A stretch of 63,860 nt of DNA, the filler included, from Octopus bimaculoides (Eukaryota): NCBI RefSeq assembly GCF_001194135.2. It is 7 parts of 7 records of this genome, joined end to end, with 100 filler letters (N's around TTAATTAATTAA, not from the genome) between each part and the next. Parts side by side here need not be neighbours in the genome. Positions count along the whole stretch, not along the records: positions 17,936 to 45,541 come from NC_068981.1; 6 more parts are not named here. One strand, written 5' to 3'. A model generated the notes under the pieces. It saw only the letters and a program-made list of their open reading frames with translations, was not told the DNA's origin and did not search any database. How positions within the stretch are numbered: position 1 is the stretch's first letter; the number at the start of each line of letters is the position of its first letter. Positions 22,844 through 36,464 of this stretch are shown here, piece by piece. The position numbers were made by a program, and so were the translations under genes.

Positions 22844-22904
<61 letters not shown>

Positions 22905-22914
22905 TGTGTGTGTA

Positions 22915-22947
<33 letters not shown>

Positions 22948-23054
22948 ATGTATGTGTCCATGTGTGTATTGTGATGGCAGATGTAAAATATATTAAAATA
23001 TATATTTTACACGGTGCAAACATTATCTTATACAGAACTAGTATATTCTTTTCT

Positions 23055-23264
23055 ACTCTAGACACAAGGCCCGAAATTTTGGCGGGAGGGGCGGACAGTC
23101 AATTAAATCGACCCCAATACGCAACTGGTGCTTAATTTATCGACCCCGGAAGGATGAAAAGCAAAGTAGACTTCGGCAGAATTTGAACTCAGAGCATAAA
23201 GACAGTCGAAATACCGCTAAGCATTTCACCCGGCGTGCTAACGTTTCTGCCACCTATCCGCCTT
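23055..23264 (-). mobile_element. SINE family A
   Basis: Near full-length reverse-complement copy. Confidence 0.85.
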
Positions 23265-23299
23265 ATAGAACTGCCACTTCTCTGCCTCACAGAATATTG

Positions 23300-23545
23300 A
23301 GCAAAGTGGAGAGGTGGGGGAACGTAGTTTACTGGAAAGGGTATGGCACACGTGATCATAAGTTTGAGGTTTCGATTCCTGATCCGGCTGATGTGCTGTA
23401 TTTTTGAGTAAGACACTACTTCCCACATTAGCTCAGTCGACTCACCTGGCAAAGGTGAGTAATCGTGCGACTGACTGGCAGGAGGAATATATACGCCAAA
23501 GAATCCTAGAAATCGGTCTTAGAACTCCATGGCTCAGGAAAATCC
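23300..23545 (+). mobile_element. tRNA-derived SINE family C, degenerate
   Basis: ggtttcgattcc, ttgagtaagacact, ctcagtcgactcacctgg. Confidence 0.7.
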
Positions 23546-23684
23546 TTTGATTCTTTGAGAGGGGAGAGATATGCTGTCTACTCTGAATTTCAAAAACACT
23601 TTATGCTTATGTGTGTGTGTGCGTGTGTGTGTGTATATGATCGTGGCACTCCGTCGGTTGCGACGACGAGGATTCCTTTAATTT

Positions 23685-24042
23685 TTAATTTGTTTCAGTC
23701 ATTTGACTGCGGCCATGCTGGAGCACCGCCTTTAAGTCGAGCAAATCGACCCCCAGGACTTATTCTTTGTAAGCTTGGTACTTATTCAGTCGGTCTATTT
23801 TGCCGAACCGCTAAGTTACGGGGACGTAAACACACCAGCAACAGTTGCCAAATGATGGTGGGGGGAACAAAGACACACAAACATATATATGAATATATAC
23901 GACGGTTTTCTTTCGGTTTCCGTCTACGAAATCCACTCACAACGCTTTGGTCGGACCGAAGCTAGACCAAGGTGCCACGCAGTGGGAATGAACCCAGAAC
24001 TATGCGATTGAGAAGCAAGCTACTCACCACACAGCCTGTACC
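23685..24042 (-). mobile_element. Composite SINE family B (tRNA head, CORE-like ccttgggcaag segment, microsatellite, ataagtac/ggggtcgat 3' half)
   Basis: Colinear with 29760-30120, 40925-41330 and 41722-42025. Confidence 0.85.
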
Positions 24043-24062
24043 TATATATATATATATATATA

Positions 24063-24135
<73 letters not shown>

Positions 24136-24819
24136 NNNNNNNNNNNNNNNNNNNNNNNNNNNNNNNNNNNNNNNNNNNNNNNNNNNNNNNNNNNNNNNNN
24201 NNNNNNNNNNNNNNNNNNNNNNNNNNNNNNNNNNNNNNNNNNNNNNNNNNNNNNNNNNNNNNNNNNNNNNNNNNNNNNNNNNNNNNNNNNNNNNNNNNNN
24301 NNNNNNNNNNNNNNNNNNNNNNNNNNNNNNNNNNNNNNNNNTATATATATATATATATACATATATATATGTACATGCATGCACGTTTGTTGTATATGTG
24401 TGGCTTTATGTAGTTACCTAGATCTTCATATGACAGTTAAACGTGCACTATGATAGATTTCTTTCAAGGAAATTGCCAATAGCTAGAGGGGTGGAGGTTG
24501 TTATCTCTGATTAGGGTGACTCATACTTTAGCACACCACATACGCACACACATATGCGCGCACACACACACACACACACACGGCATACACACTTGTAAAC
24601 ACATGCTTGTATGCACATAGTCACGTAGATGCATTAACTCGGACACTTATACACATACACACACAGAGTGACACACAGAGAAACCACATGAAATACAAAT
24701 GCATACACACATGCATTCAAACATATTTACATGCACATACACACATACATGGTCACAAATGTAACATACACACGATCACACTTATGCACAGATATATATA
24801 CACACACACACACACATTC

Positions 24820-25020
24820 TTTTATTTGTCTCAGTTATTTGACTGCGGCCATGCTGGAGCACCGCCTTTAGTCGAGCAAATCAACCCCAGGTTTTATTAT
24901 TTGTAAGCCTAGTATTTATTCTATCGGTCTCTTTTTCCCAACCACTATGTATAGCGTAAACACACCGACATCGGTTACCAAACGATGTTGGGTGGGGACA
25001 AACGCAAATACACATACGCA
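24820..25020 (-). mobile_element. SINE family B 3' half
   Basis: gactgcggccatgctggagcaccgccttt...ccgacatcggtt. Confidence 0.8.
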
Positions 25021-25821
25021 TATATNNNNNNNNNNNNNNNNNNNNNNNNNNNNNNNNNNNNNNNNNNNNNNNNNNNNNNNNNNNNNNNNNNNNNNNNNNN
25101 NNNNNNNNNNNNNNNNNNNNNNNNNNNNNNNNNNNNNNNNNNNNNNNNNNNNNNNNNNNNNNNNNNNNNNNNNNNNNNNNNNNNNNNNNNNNNNNNNNNN
25201 NNNNNNNNNNNNNNNNNNNNNNNNNNNNNNNNNNNNNNNNNNNNNNNNNNNNNNNNNNNNNNNNNNNNNNNNNNNNNNNNNNNNNNNNNNNNNNNNNNNN
25301 NNNNNNNNNNNNNNNNNNNNNNNNNNNNNNNNNNNNNNNNNNNNNNNNNNNNNNNNNNNNNNNNNNNNNNNNNNNNNNNNNNNNNNNNNNNNNNNNNNNN
25401 NNNNNNNNNNNNNNNNNNNNNNNNNNNNNNNNNNNNNNNNNNNNNNNNNNNNNNNNNNNNNNNNNNNNNNNNNNNNNNNNNNNNNNNNNNNNNNNNNNNN
25501 NNNNNNNNNNNNNNNNNNNNNNNNNNNNNNNNNNNNNNNNNNNNNNNNNNNNNNNNNNNNNNNNNNNNNNNNNNNNNNNNNNNNNNNNNNNNNNNNNNNN
25601 NNNNNNNNNNNNNNNNNNNNNNNNNNNNNNNNNNNNNNNNNNNNNNNNNNNNNNNNNNNNNNNNNNNNNNNNNNNNNNNNNNNNNNNNNNNNNNNNNNNN
25701 NNNNNNNNNNNNNNNNNNNNNNNNNNNNNNNNNNNNNNNNNNNNNNNNNNNNNNNNNNNNNNNNNNNNNNNNNNNNNNNNNNNNNNNNNNNNNNNNNNNN
25801 NNNNNNNNNNNNNNNNNNNNN

Positions 25822-25853
<32 letters not shown>

Positions 25854-26167
25854 TATACATTCAGAGTTTTATAGACACAAGACACAAATAAGCCCACATG
25901 CACACAAACAGTCAAAAGTATACTCTCATATAAACATGAATACAAAATACTCACACGCATGCGTCATTTGTACACGCGCTCACACGCTTCTCCCGACCCA
26001 TACACAACCACAACCACCAACCATTAACACACAGAATGACGTATGTACTCACACCCACCTACAAGTATCCAAGTCTAAACATAACTACGCACTTTAACAG
26101 GTGAGTGAATTTAATTAAAAATCTGGTGAGTGTTTTCTTTTTTTTTTAAATATATCCCGTTGGTAAA

Positions 26168-26347
26168 GCGGCGGTGAGCTGGCAGAATCATTAGCACGCC
26201 GGACAAAATGCGAATTTCGCCGAGGTTGACTTTACCTTTCATCATTTCAGGGTCAATAAGATAAGTACCAGTTAAACAGTGGGGTCGATATGATCGACTC
26301 ATCCCTTCCCCCCGAAATTGCTGGCCTTGCGCCAAAATTTGAAACCA
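26168..26347 (+). mobile_element. SINE family A (internal deletion)
   Basis: ggcggtgagctggcagaatcattagcacgccggacaaaatgc...gaaacc. Confidence 0.85.
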
Positions 26348-27294
26348 ATGCATGCAGTTGGTATGTAAGGTTTAGGATGTACAAGACCAAAACAGTGAGC
26401 ATCAATGCCGGGTTTCATAATTATAAATATTAACTCCGTTAGATGATCCACGTGGTAGGGCAGACTGCTTAGTAGCGTCAGATCGTCGGTGGGTCTGCTG
26501 TGACGATAGTCAACATATGGTGACGTGACCAGTCTGCTGTAATTATAGTTGGGTCACAGTAGACTACGGTGAGTATATTTGAATGAATATTCACTAAATC
26601 ATAATATACCTCATGGCTTCAGAAATGAGGCAGTTAAATAATGTTTAAACGCTATGAGGCTTCATCTTACCAAACAGATAGCATTAACCAAAACGTCAAC
26701 CTAAACAAGCATTTCCAGGGTGCTAACCTCATTATTGGGTCTCTCTCAGTAAATCTTAGAACCTAGCCATTGATCTCTTAACACTCAGTTGACAATTGGG
26801 AAATATGTTTATAAAAACAGCCGTCTACAGACGGTGCTATGGTAAATTCAAGAATATTTTTAGAGTCTTGAATTATTTCTTTGTTTCGGGGTGAGATAGA
26901 ATATTTATTTAAGGGATCTTCTTTGCGCGATGGGTCCCAGGGCATTTTGGCGATAAGGGGCATCATTTTTATTCATCTGAATCAAACGTTCTCAACCAGG
27001 CTCCGTATGACACTTGACGGGTCATATAAGATTTTGTTGTTAAAGTTTATGTTCAGTAAATTGGTTATAATTCTGCGAGGCACAAAATATTTCTATAAAG
27101 TTCTACAAGTTAAAACAGGATTTTAGAATGGTGACGTGATAAGATAAAAGAGATGTGGGAAGTGAATGATGCAGAGAATGATAAAGAGAGAAGGGAGACG
27201 ATGAAACACAAAAATTAAAATAGAGTGATACTATAAGAAACAATCTTGTTTAAGAGCAGAATCAAACACCGCCAAATTTTCACAGGAACTACAT

Positions 27295-27638
27295 TATGTG
27301 TGTGTGGGGGGTGACACACATACATATACATACATATATATATGTGTGTGTATATATATGTATATATATGTCTATATATATGTGTGTGTGTATTTATATA
27401 TGTATATATATATATATATATATGTATGTATATACATATATATGTCTATGTATATACATATATATACTTGTATATGTATATATATATATGTGTGTGTGAC
27501 ATATGCACATATACACATACACACATATATATATATATATACATATACAAAAAATATATATATATACTCATATATATCATATGTCTGTATGTATATAAAT
27601 ATATACACATATATGTACTATACATGATATGTATATGC

Positions 27639-27684
<46 letters not shown>

Positions 27685-27819
27685 GTGTGTGTGTGCGTGC
27701 GTGTGTGTGTGTGTGTAGCTAGATAGATGAATAGATAGATGAGTGCATAAATACATAAGCAGACACATGGATACATACGCACATCCATCCATACATACAT
27801 ACATACATCCATACATATA

Positions 27820-27853
<34 letters not shown>

Positions 27854-27923
27854 CATACATACATACATATATACATATATACATACATACATACATACAT
27901 CCATACATATATACATACATACA

Positions 27924-27957
<34 letters not shown>

Positions 27958-27960
27958 ACC
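27295..27960. repeat. Compound (TA/TG/GATA/CATA)n microsatellite field
   Basis: Direct inspection. Confidence 0.97.
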
Positions 27961-28534
27961 AACAGAAAGAACATTGGATTGCTGACTGCTGTTGTTGTTG
28001 TTGTTGTTGGATTGCATCGGGCGACGGTTTTTATAGAATGAGATAAATGGGGTCTGGTAGAGATTTACTGAACGCCGGGAAAAAAAGGTGATAAACATCA
28101 AATAAATTTAACACACAATTTTCTTTTCCCCGCTGCCAGCGGCGCATTAACTTCCGCTCTGACCGACCTAAGTAGCAGAAACATCGCTTTTACAATTTCC
28201 AAACCGTCACTTTAAATATAAATGGAGAGAAAGAACCACCCGAGGGTATTTCTACGATCTTGGTGGTGGTGTTGTAGTTGTCTCCCCACCCCCCCACACA
28301 CACACACCGTTGTCGTTGTTGATGATGGTGATGATGATGATGCTGACTTTAGTAACCGCTTTGTTAATGTTTGTGTCTATATTTTAGCTTATTAACATTT
28401 AGTTCAACTTTGGACTTTCATAAAAAATAAAGCTGCGTCTATTCTATGTACATGCACACACACGCACACACACAAATACGCACATATAACAAATATATGT
28501 ATATATAAAATATATTTATATATACACACACATA

Positions 28535-29454
28535 CACAGGGTGCGATAGGTAAATTGTCGCCATTTTATATTTTTAATATCGCGCATGCGCATTGTTTGC
28601 TTTTGATTTTGTCGACTACGCAGTATAGTAGGGTCATTTGGGCACCATATGTGAGAACAGCTCTGTGACGCTATTCACTCTGCCAGAAATTTGGAAAATA
28701 CTTGCTGTACTGTTTGAGATTCGCGCTGGAAGCTTCGATACGAACATGTCAGAGTGGTTGGGTGTCAATCTAAGGACGGTGCAATCTGAGGACATGTACC
28801 GAGAGTGATAAAAATAAAATTCCAGTCAACATCATGGTGTTTGGAGTGATCACTAGTGATGGCGATGTTATGCCTCCATTCATCTTCCCAAACGGCCCCA
28901 CACTCAATACGGAGGCCTACATCAAGTGACTGGAGGAAGTAGTGCTGCCCTGGGTCAAGAGGGTGGCTGCTGGAACACGGGACTCTGCACCATGCCACAC
29001 AAGCAGGAGAAGCCAGTTATGGCTGTCAAGCAATTTCTGCGACCAAATAACCCCTAACATCTGACCACCTAACTCCCTAGAGTGCAACTCCCTAGAGTGC
29101 AACTCCCTAGAGTGCAACTCCCTAGAGTGCAACTCCCTTGAATATTATGTGTAGGGCGTAGTTGAGCGGGAAACCAAAAAAAAACTCCTTGTAAAATCAA
29201 AGATTAACTCAACGCAACGATTATGGCAGCATTCACCAACTTAAACAAGGAGACCGTCCAGAAGAGTTGCAGGGGATTCCAAAATCGTCTGGAGGCTGTG
29301 GTTGAAGCCAATGGCGGTTTTATTGAATAAATTTAGCCTTTAGTATTTCAAAATATTTTTATGTACTTTTGGTAAATATATCTGTTAAAATGAGATGTCA
29401 GTGTTATTTCATTTTTGCGTAATTTAGACGACAATTTATTCATCGCACCCTGTG
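28535..29454 (+). mobile_element. Tc1/mariner element, DD37D/maT-like, internally deleted and inactive
   Basis: TA-CACAGGGTGCGATAGGTAAATTGTCG ... CGACAATTTATTCATCGCACCCTGTG-TA terminal inverted repeats with TA target duplication. Remnant IMVFGVITSDGDVMPPFIF...DSAPCHTS...PPNSLECNPLEYYV with stops. Confidence 0.9.
29071..29137 (+). repeat. 15-bp tandem repeat (aactccctagagtgc) x4.5 inside the transposase remnant
   Basis: Direct inspection. Confidence 0.95.
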
Positions 29455-29516
29455 TATGTAAGTTTGTATGTATTTTTATATATATATATATATATATACA
29501 TACAAACATCCGGCAG

Positions 29517-29759
29517 TGGATGATGGCGAACCCTGCTGTACTCTTTCACCACATCTTTCTCTCACTCTTTCTTCCTGTTTCTTGTGTACCTGTATTTCAA
29601 AGTGTCAGCCTTGTCACACTCTGTGTCACGCTGATCCTCCCCGAGAACTACGGAAAGGGCACACATGTCGGTGGAGTGCTCACCACGTTAATTTCACGAG
29701 CAGGCTGTTCCGTTGATTGGATCAACTAGAGTCCTCGTCGTCGTAACCGACGGAGTGCC
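29517..29759 (-). mobile_element. Structured non-autonomous retroelement family E (probably RTE-related)
   Basis: ggcactccgtcggttacgacgacgagg...gctcgtgaaattaacgtg...cagcagggttcgcc; near-identical to 50531 and 58110. Confidence 0.8.
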
Positions 29760-30120
29760 AGGAGTGGCTGTGTGGTAAGTAACTTGCTTACCGACCACAT
29801 GGCTTCGGGTTCAGTCCCACTACGTAGCACCTTGGGCAAGTATCTTCTATTATAGCCTAGGGCCGACCAAAGCCTTGTGAGTGGATTTGGTTGAAGGAAA
29901 CTGAAAGAAGCCCGTCGTATGTGTGTGTGTGAGTATGTTTCCCCACCATCGCTTGACAACCGGTGTTGCAGTATTTACGTCCCCGCAACTTAGCGGTTCG
30001 GTAAAACAAACCGATAGAATAAGTACTAAGCTTACAAAGAATAAGTCCTGGGGTTGATTTGTTCGACTAAGGCGGTGCTCCAGCATGGCTGTAGTCAAAT
30101 GACTGAAATAAATAAAAGAA
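29760..30120 (+). mobile_element. Composite SINE family B, full copy
   Basis: ggagtggctgtgtggtaag A-box-like, ggttcagtccc B-box-like, ccttgggcaagt, gaaagaagcccgtcg, then the 3' half. Confidence 0.9.
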
Positions 30121-30171
30121 TATATATACATGATATATTTGTATATATAATACACACGTTGCACACACGTT

Positions 30172-30215
<44 letters not shown>

Positions 30216-30677
30216 NNNNNNNNNNNNNNNNNNNNNNNNNNNNNNNNNNNNNNNNNNNNNNNNNNNNNNNNNNNNNNNNNNNNNNNNNNNNNNNNNNNNN
30301 NNNNNNNNNNNNNNNNNNNNNNNNNNNNNNNNNNNNNNNNNNNNNNNNNNNNNNNNNNNNNNNNNNNNNNNNNNNNNNNNNNNNNNNNNNNNNNNNNNNN
30401 NNNNNNNNNNNNNNNNNNNNNNNNNNNNNNNNNNNNNNNNNNNNNNNNNNNNNNNNNNNNNNNNNNNNNNNNNNNNNNNNNNNNNNNNNNNNNNNNNNNN
30501 NNNNNNNNNNNNNNNNNNNNNNNNNNNNNNNNNNNNNNNNNNNNNNNNNNNNNNNNNNNNNNNNNNNNNNNNNNNNNNNNNNNNNNNNNNNNNNNNNNNN
30601 NNNNNNNNNNNNNNNNNNNNNNNNNNNNNNNNNNNNNNNNNNNNNNNNNNNNNNNNNNNNNNNNNNNNNNNNNNNNN

Positions 30678-30789
<112 letters not shown>

Positions 30790-31599
30790 TGATAGATAGA
30801 TGTTATTGTTTGGATTCTCGCTGATATGCGTGCACCCCTGAATTATTATCTGTAATCGTGTAAAGCGAGACGTACTCCGAGGCAACAGCGTTTATCTCAT
30901 GAACTTTTATCTGTTTATCAGACTGTATGCATCAGCAAATAATTTGTTTGTTGATTTCTATAAACATGATATCGTGTTCTCGTTATATTGACTGGTCTGA
31001 TGAGGTAGCTTTGACCGAGGAGGCACACAGTAAGGCTGAAACCCTGAAGTTTCTCAAACCACAAGTACTACGAACACACATCTTCTAAACGGAGGAGATG
31101 TTCTGCAATGACGAAAAACAACTTCGATCAGACATCTTTAAGTTTGACTCTACCACAACGTAATGAGAATGAATAGATCCATCATCGTTAGGCTATTTTA
31201 TTTTCATCAATAAAAACATTACATACAACATATTAACTGCTTTACTTTTCTTTTACAAGCCTTTCATCCTTCCTTCTAACCATTCAGCATCGTCATTACA
31301 TTTTAACTTTCACGCATCATTCAAAATTTGGTTCGTTTTTTGAGAGTCTCCATAAGACAGGAATTATTCCACTGAGACTTTTAATTAAGATCTCAGTTGT
31401 TAGAATTTGTGGTTGAGAATTATTTTCGCCATTTTATTTTTTTTCTTTCGCTAAGTAAACTAAACTCATACATCGTTGTTAACTGCGTAAGGTCTTCATA
31501 GCTGAGCGTTTCGTTATCAGTGTATAATAAATCCTGAATATTTTCTACATTAAATTCTTCACACCCACCACCACCCGACCCCGCTCTTCGTCTGACATT

Positions 31600-32010
31600 T
31601 CTTCAAAACTATGCGCCTCGCTAAGACTATTTCATCTTCTATCCTATGACTTTTCTTAACTACATTTCAAAAACAATCCCACATATCTTTAATATGTTTT
31701 ATTGCTGCTATGATGTCATTTTTCTTCAGAATTCTTTGATGAGTGATGTTTTATCATGAGGAATCAGCTGCCTTAAGGTTCTTCGAAGATAATTTACCTT
31801 AAAACCGGAAATGACTCCCAGGTCCATATGCTGTGGTAGTAAAGTAATGTTTGGGGGAATGAAAAAGTACTTTAAAAGGTGGGGGGGATTTCGGAGTGTA
31901 TCGAGATGTAAAGGATGATCAGGAGCGTTGTCCCAAAACGGAAATACGCCATGGGATGGGAATTATTCTTCTGAAAGTTTGACAAATATTCTAGAAGCCC
32001 TTCACTAAAC
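31600..32010 (-). mobile_element. Tigger/pogo DDE transposase remnant
   Basis: WDNAPDHP...FFIPPNITLLPQHMDLGVISGFKVNYLRRTLRQLI matches the DNAPGHP / LPPNTTSxxQPMDQGVIxxFK motifs; stops downstream; not in the ORF track. Confidence 0.85.
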
Positions 32011-32021
32011 AAATCCTCAGT

Positions 32022-32183
32022 AGGAGTGACTGTGTGGTAAGTAGCTTACCAACCACATGGTTCCGGGTTCAGTCCCACTGCGTGGCACCTTGGGCAAGTG
32101 TCTTCTACTATAGCCTTGGGCCGACCAAAGCCTTGTGAGTGGATTTGGTAGACGGAAACTGAAAGAAGCCCGTCGTATATATG

Positions 32184-32235
<52 letters not shown>

Positions 32236-32430
32236 TATGCTTGTCCCCCAACATCGCTTGACAACCGATGCTGGTGTGTTTACGTTCCCGTAACATAGCG
32301 GTTCGGCAATGGTGTATTTTACGTGCCACCTGCACAGGAGCCAGTCTAGCGGCACTGGCAACGACCTCGCTCGAATGTCTTTTCACGTGCCCCCGGCACA
32401 AGTGCCAGGAAGGCGACGCTGGTAACGATC
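32022..32430 (+). mobile_element. SINE family B (3' truncated) fused to an RTE-tail-type repeat
   Basis: Family B to about 32310, then gtgtattttacgtgccacc...ggcactggcaacgacc. Confidence 0.8.
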
Positions 32431-32839
32431 AGGCTATACATACCTAAGATATGAAAATAGCAATACAAATGTTTATCTCGGAGTCATTACTCACAATAAA
32501 GTAAATATATTCTTCATAAGAAATGTATTGACTTCTTTCTTGAATTTTGGATTCTCTTTTCAAAAGCGGGGCGTCGGTGAATACGGATATTCGCAAGATG
32601 CCAAGCGAGTTTTTGCTTATTGAACGAAAGGGTTAAATTACTTTATTTAGGGCGTGTGAAATTAACGTGTCTGATTCACCAGGCCTTTACAGGTGACGCC
32701 ATGTAAAACATGACGACCCTATCGCAAGATCTTGCTTTACCAAAATATTCCAAATAGTCACGCAATGATATTTCTGGAAATTTATGAAGTTGCTCCTTAA
32801 TTTATAGAAATCATTCACAAAGCCTTTTTTCTTCTCCTC

Positions 32840-32905
<66 letters not shown>

Positions 32906-33293
32906 NNNNNNNNNNNNNNNNNNNNNNNNNNNNNNNNNNNNNNNNNNNNNNNNNNNNNNNNNNNNNNNNNNNNNNNNNNNNNNNNNNNNNNNNNNNNNNN
33001 NNNNNNNNNNNNNNNNNNNNNNNNNNNNNNNNNNNNNNNNNNNNNNNNNNNNNNNNNNNNNNNNNNNNNNNNNNNNNNNNNNNNNNNNNNNNNNNNNNNN
33101 NNNNNNNNNNNNNNNNNNNNNNNNNNNNNNNNNNNNNNNNNNNNNNNNNNNNNNNNNNNNNNNNNNNNNNNNNNNNNNNNNNNNNNNNNNNNNNNNNNNN
33201 NNNNNNNNNNNNNNNNNNNNNNNNNNNNNNNNNNNNNNNNNNNNNNNNNNNNNNNNNNNNNNNNNNNNNNNNNNNNNNNNNNNNNNNNNNNNN

Positions 33294-33331
<38 letters not shown>

Positions 33332-33732
33332 GTATGTACATATACATGTACATACACCACACATACGTATATAAAAAATATACATATACACATACACACG
33401 CAATCATATATTTATATATATATAATTTTGTATGCCAGCATCTATGACTGTATCTATATAAGAACAGATTTAGATTTGTTTTAAAACATATATCCTAAAA
33501 ACTTATACGACTTCTTACAGGTTTAAATCTCACTTAAAAATTATTACTAAATTATGTGCATATATACATATATATATATACACATATATATGTATGTATA
33601 TATGTATGTGTGTGTATGCATGTATATATGCGTATACATACATAGGCATACATATACAAAATAATAACTTCATAGCCATACATAGATGTGCATAGTTAAG
33701 TGTGTGTGTGTACGTGTGTATATATGTGTGTG

Positions 33733-33778
<46 letters not shown>

Positions 33779-34108
33779 GCAGTTTGGGATGTTTAAGTGC
33801 GTTGTTTTTAATCTGTTGGCGTTTATTCTAACCTACACACAAATACATACACAAGCATATATATGTGTATGTTTGTGTGTGTGTGCATGTGTGTATATAA
33901 ACGTGTGTGTTTGTGTGCACGTGTGTGTGTGCGTGTGTGTGTGTGTGTGTACGTGTGAATTGACAAATAAATTATTTTGTTTTAAACATTTCAAACTTAT
34001 ATGATTTCTTATATACTTAAATCTCACATATCGTATCATACTTCCCAAACACGCACGAACGCGCGCGCGTGCACTAACTTGCACATACATGACGTCTCTG
34101 TGTGTGAT

Positions 34109-34156
<48 letters not shown>

Positions 34157-34252
34157 CATTTTAATCTGTTTGACCTCTTCTTGTAAAGTTTACAGTTAAA
34201 ATGTATATTTAATTATGAATTCCTTATAAGAACTCTTTTCTCTCTCACTCTA

Positions 34253-34289
<37 letters not shown>

Positions 34290-34494
34290 TTCTCTCTCAC
34301 TTTCTTACACCCACACACACACACACATGTACATATTAAGACAAAAGACTGGAAAAACTTGATTAACATTTAATTCCAATTTACAGGTGTTTCATTACAG
34401 GTTTGGAGCTACAAATTCATACATGTTGAAAAACCTGAATAGGATCTCTTAACCGCAATTCTTTAAAGATTCAAAATATAATGGTAATTTTTTC

Positions 34495-34580
34495 TGCAGT
34501 TCTATATTTAAGAGAGGAGGAATTATGTACATTATTTACATTTGACGGATATTTGTCCTCATCTTGTTTGTTGTTAACAT
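34495..34580 (-). mobile_element. Truncated terminal fragment of the fold-back element family, without hammerhead
   Basis: tctatatttaagag...tacatttgacggatatttgtcctcatcttgtttgttgttaaca matches the outer arm. Confidence 0.8.
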
Positions 34581-35152
34581 TATTTAGTTGATGTTTTTTT
34601 TTCCAATGGTTGTAATGGATCTTCTCACGGACGAGGGCATGTCCTGCACTTTCCGCTACTCTCCTAGCTTTATATGAATCCACTGGTGTCATTATATTCA
34701 AGCCAGGTGGTATTAGCTTTGAGTCTCTACATCTATACAGGTAAGTTAGATGGTTTGAAAGACGAGCTAGTTTTTGATGGAGTTTCTCTGTATGTCTCCA
34801 TTGAAGTCTAATGTCGGCTCCGTACCGATTAGATAATACAGTTCTATATTTAAGAGATGCGGAATTATTTACATTACTTACATTATTTACATGTAATTTT
34901 TTCTTGTCTTTCGTTTTAATATGTAATTACTTTGCAAATGGAATTCTCTAGAAAATTCAAATGCTTTGTATAATTCATTCAAAATAATGCGTCTCATGCA
35001 TTTGAATAATTTGTGCTTTGTGAGAACATCCCTTCTATTATAAGACCTTCGATACAAAGATTTCTCTGTGTGTTTGTGTGGGGCGGGGTGTATAAATCAA
35101 GATATTTTCAAATTCTGAATATTTAAATACGTTAATAACGAATGCTCTAAAC

Positions 35153-35481
35153 CAGGTGATTCTCAACTACGGTTCATATGGCTGCTGAGGGTTTATGTAA
35201 GATTTTTGGTGGGGTCCACGCAGCCAAACAGTAAACAAGGGATCCACAATAGCCTTTTAAGGACCCCCATGTATGTATTGGTTATGTATTGCAAGAAACA
35301 ATTAAATTTCTTTCTCCTGTATTCAATCTACACAATGGAATGTGTGAAAAACAATATAGGAATTTTGAAAGAAGTTTCTATAAACCGTTTTTCAACATCT
35401 AATGGCTATGGGCCCCACCAGAATAAAGTAGTAATTAAAGGGGTCCATAGATAAAACATTTTAAAATGGTCAGAAACCCTT
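35153..35481 (+). mobile_element. hAT (Charlie-like) MITE, copy 1
   Basis: caggtgattctcaac terminus; internal sequence is the reverse complement of 37468-37819. Confidence 0.7.
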
Positions 35482-35984
35482 ACTCTGAACGATCGCTTGA
35501 TCTGCTGAATGTACAGTGAAACCTCCCTCAAAATACACGTTAGCTGTGCCACTTGATGGTCTTTCGGGAAGAAGAGATGCCATAATTACTATTTGAACAC
35601 AGGTGTTCAGCATCAGTTTTGATCTGCAATTAGGTAACTACACCAACTTGAAGCACCACTTGTAATGCTAAATACATATCCTCTCCCATGCAAGTTACCT
35701 TGTTTTAAATGCATACTGAGTCTACGAGAGAAAGTTGTGGTTGTCTGGCCAACATAACAGTTGGTATTGTGAAGTTTGTAGCTTTCATTTTTACAATGGA
35801 ATGTATAAATTAGACTCTAAAAGTGAAGACTGTAAACTGTATAATCTCAGTCGCATACAGACGCGAATACACACACACACATACACACATAGCAAATACA
35901 CACACACATACACACACACACACACACAGCCTATACTGCTACAATCACGAATTGTAGCTGCGTAGGTGATGGTGGTGTGAAAGG

Positions 35985-36037
<53 letters not shown>

Positions 36038-36085
36038 GTGGTGGTGATGGTGATGGTGGTGGTAGTGGTGGTGGTGGTGGGGGTG
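35985..36085. repeat. (GAT)n/(GGT)n tract
   Basis: Direct inspection. Confidence 0.95.
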
Positions 36086-36427
36086 AATGCGGTGCTGGTT
36101 ACGACAATGGTGGTAGCGATGGTAGTACAGGCTGTATAAACCGGGACTTAGAGGCAGCGACCCACTGCACACCCGTGTCCAGCCAGTGCTTTCGCCATCG
36201 CTACGTCTGTCCTATCATGCCTGTCGGACAATGGTCAGAGGAAGCCATTAGAGCGTGTCTGTCATGCTTATGGACAACGGTCAGTGAGTGCTAACATTAC
36301 GCCCACACACATTTATATACATATGTGAAAATGAGTGTATATATGTGTGTGTGTGTGTGTTTGTGTATATACATGTATATATATATGTGTGCATGTATAT
36401 AATGTGTTTTTCTCTTTGTCTCCGTAT

Positions 36428-36464
36428 TCTTTCTGTTGAAGAGCGTAGCTCGAAACGTTAAAGA
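36428..36464 (+). ncRNA. Minimal hammerhead motif (family H3)
   Basis: TCTTT-CTGTTGA-A-GAGC-gta-GCTC-GAAAC-GT-T-AAAGA; 5-bp stem I. Confidence 0.65.

Noticed and set aside
26778-26966. 62-aa minus-strand ORF
   Set aside because: No recognisable motif or splice boundaries; abuts a hAT MITE fragment.
29071-29137. CRISPR-like array
   Set aside because: Contiguous tandem units without spacers, in eukaryotic transposon DNA.
30990-31060. CTGATGAG...GAAAC hammerhead-like spacing
   Set aside because: Stem II does not close next to the core and no stem I partner follows a NUH.
31800-31832. Apparent 33-nt minus-strand exon with good splice sites
   Set aside because: The frame continues on both sides as Tigger transposase sequence; splice-like sites are coincidental.
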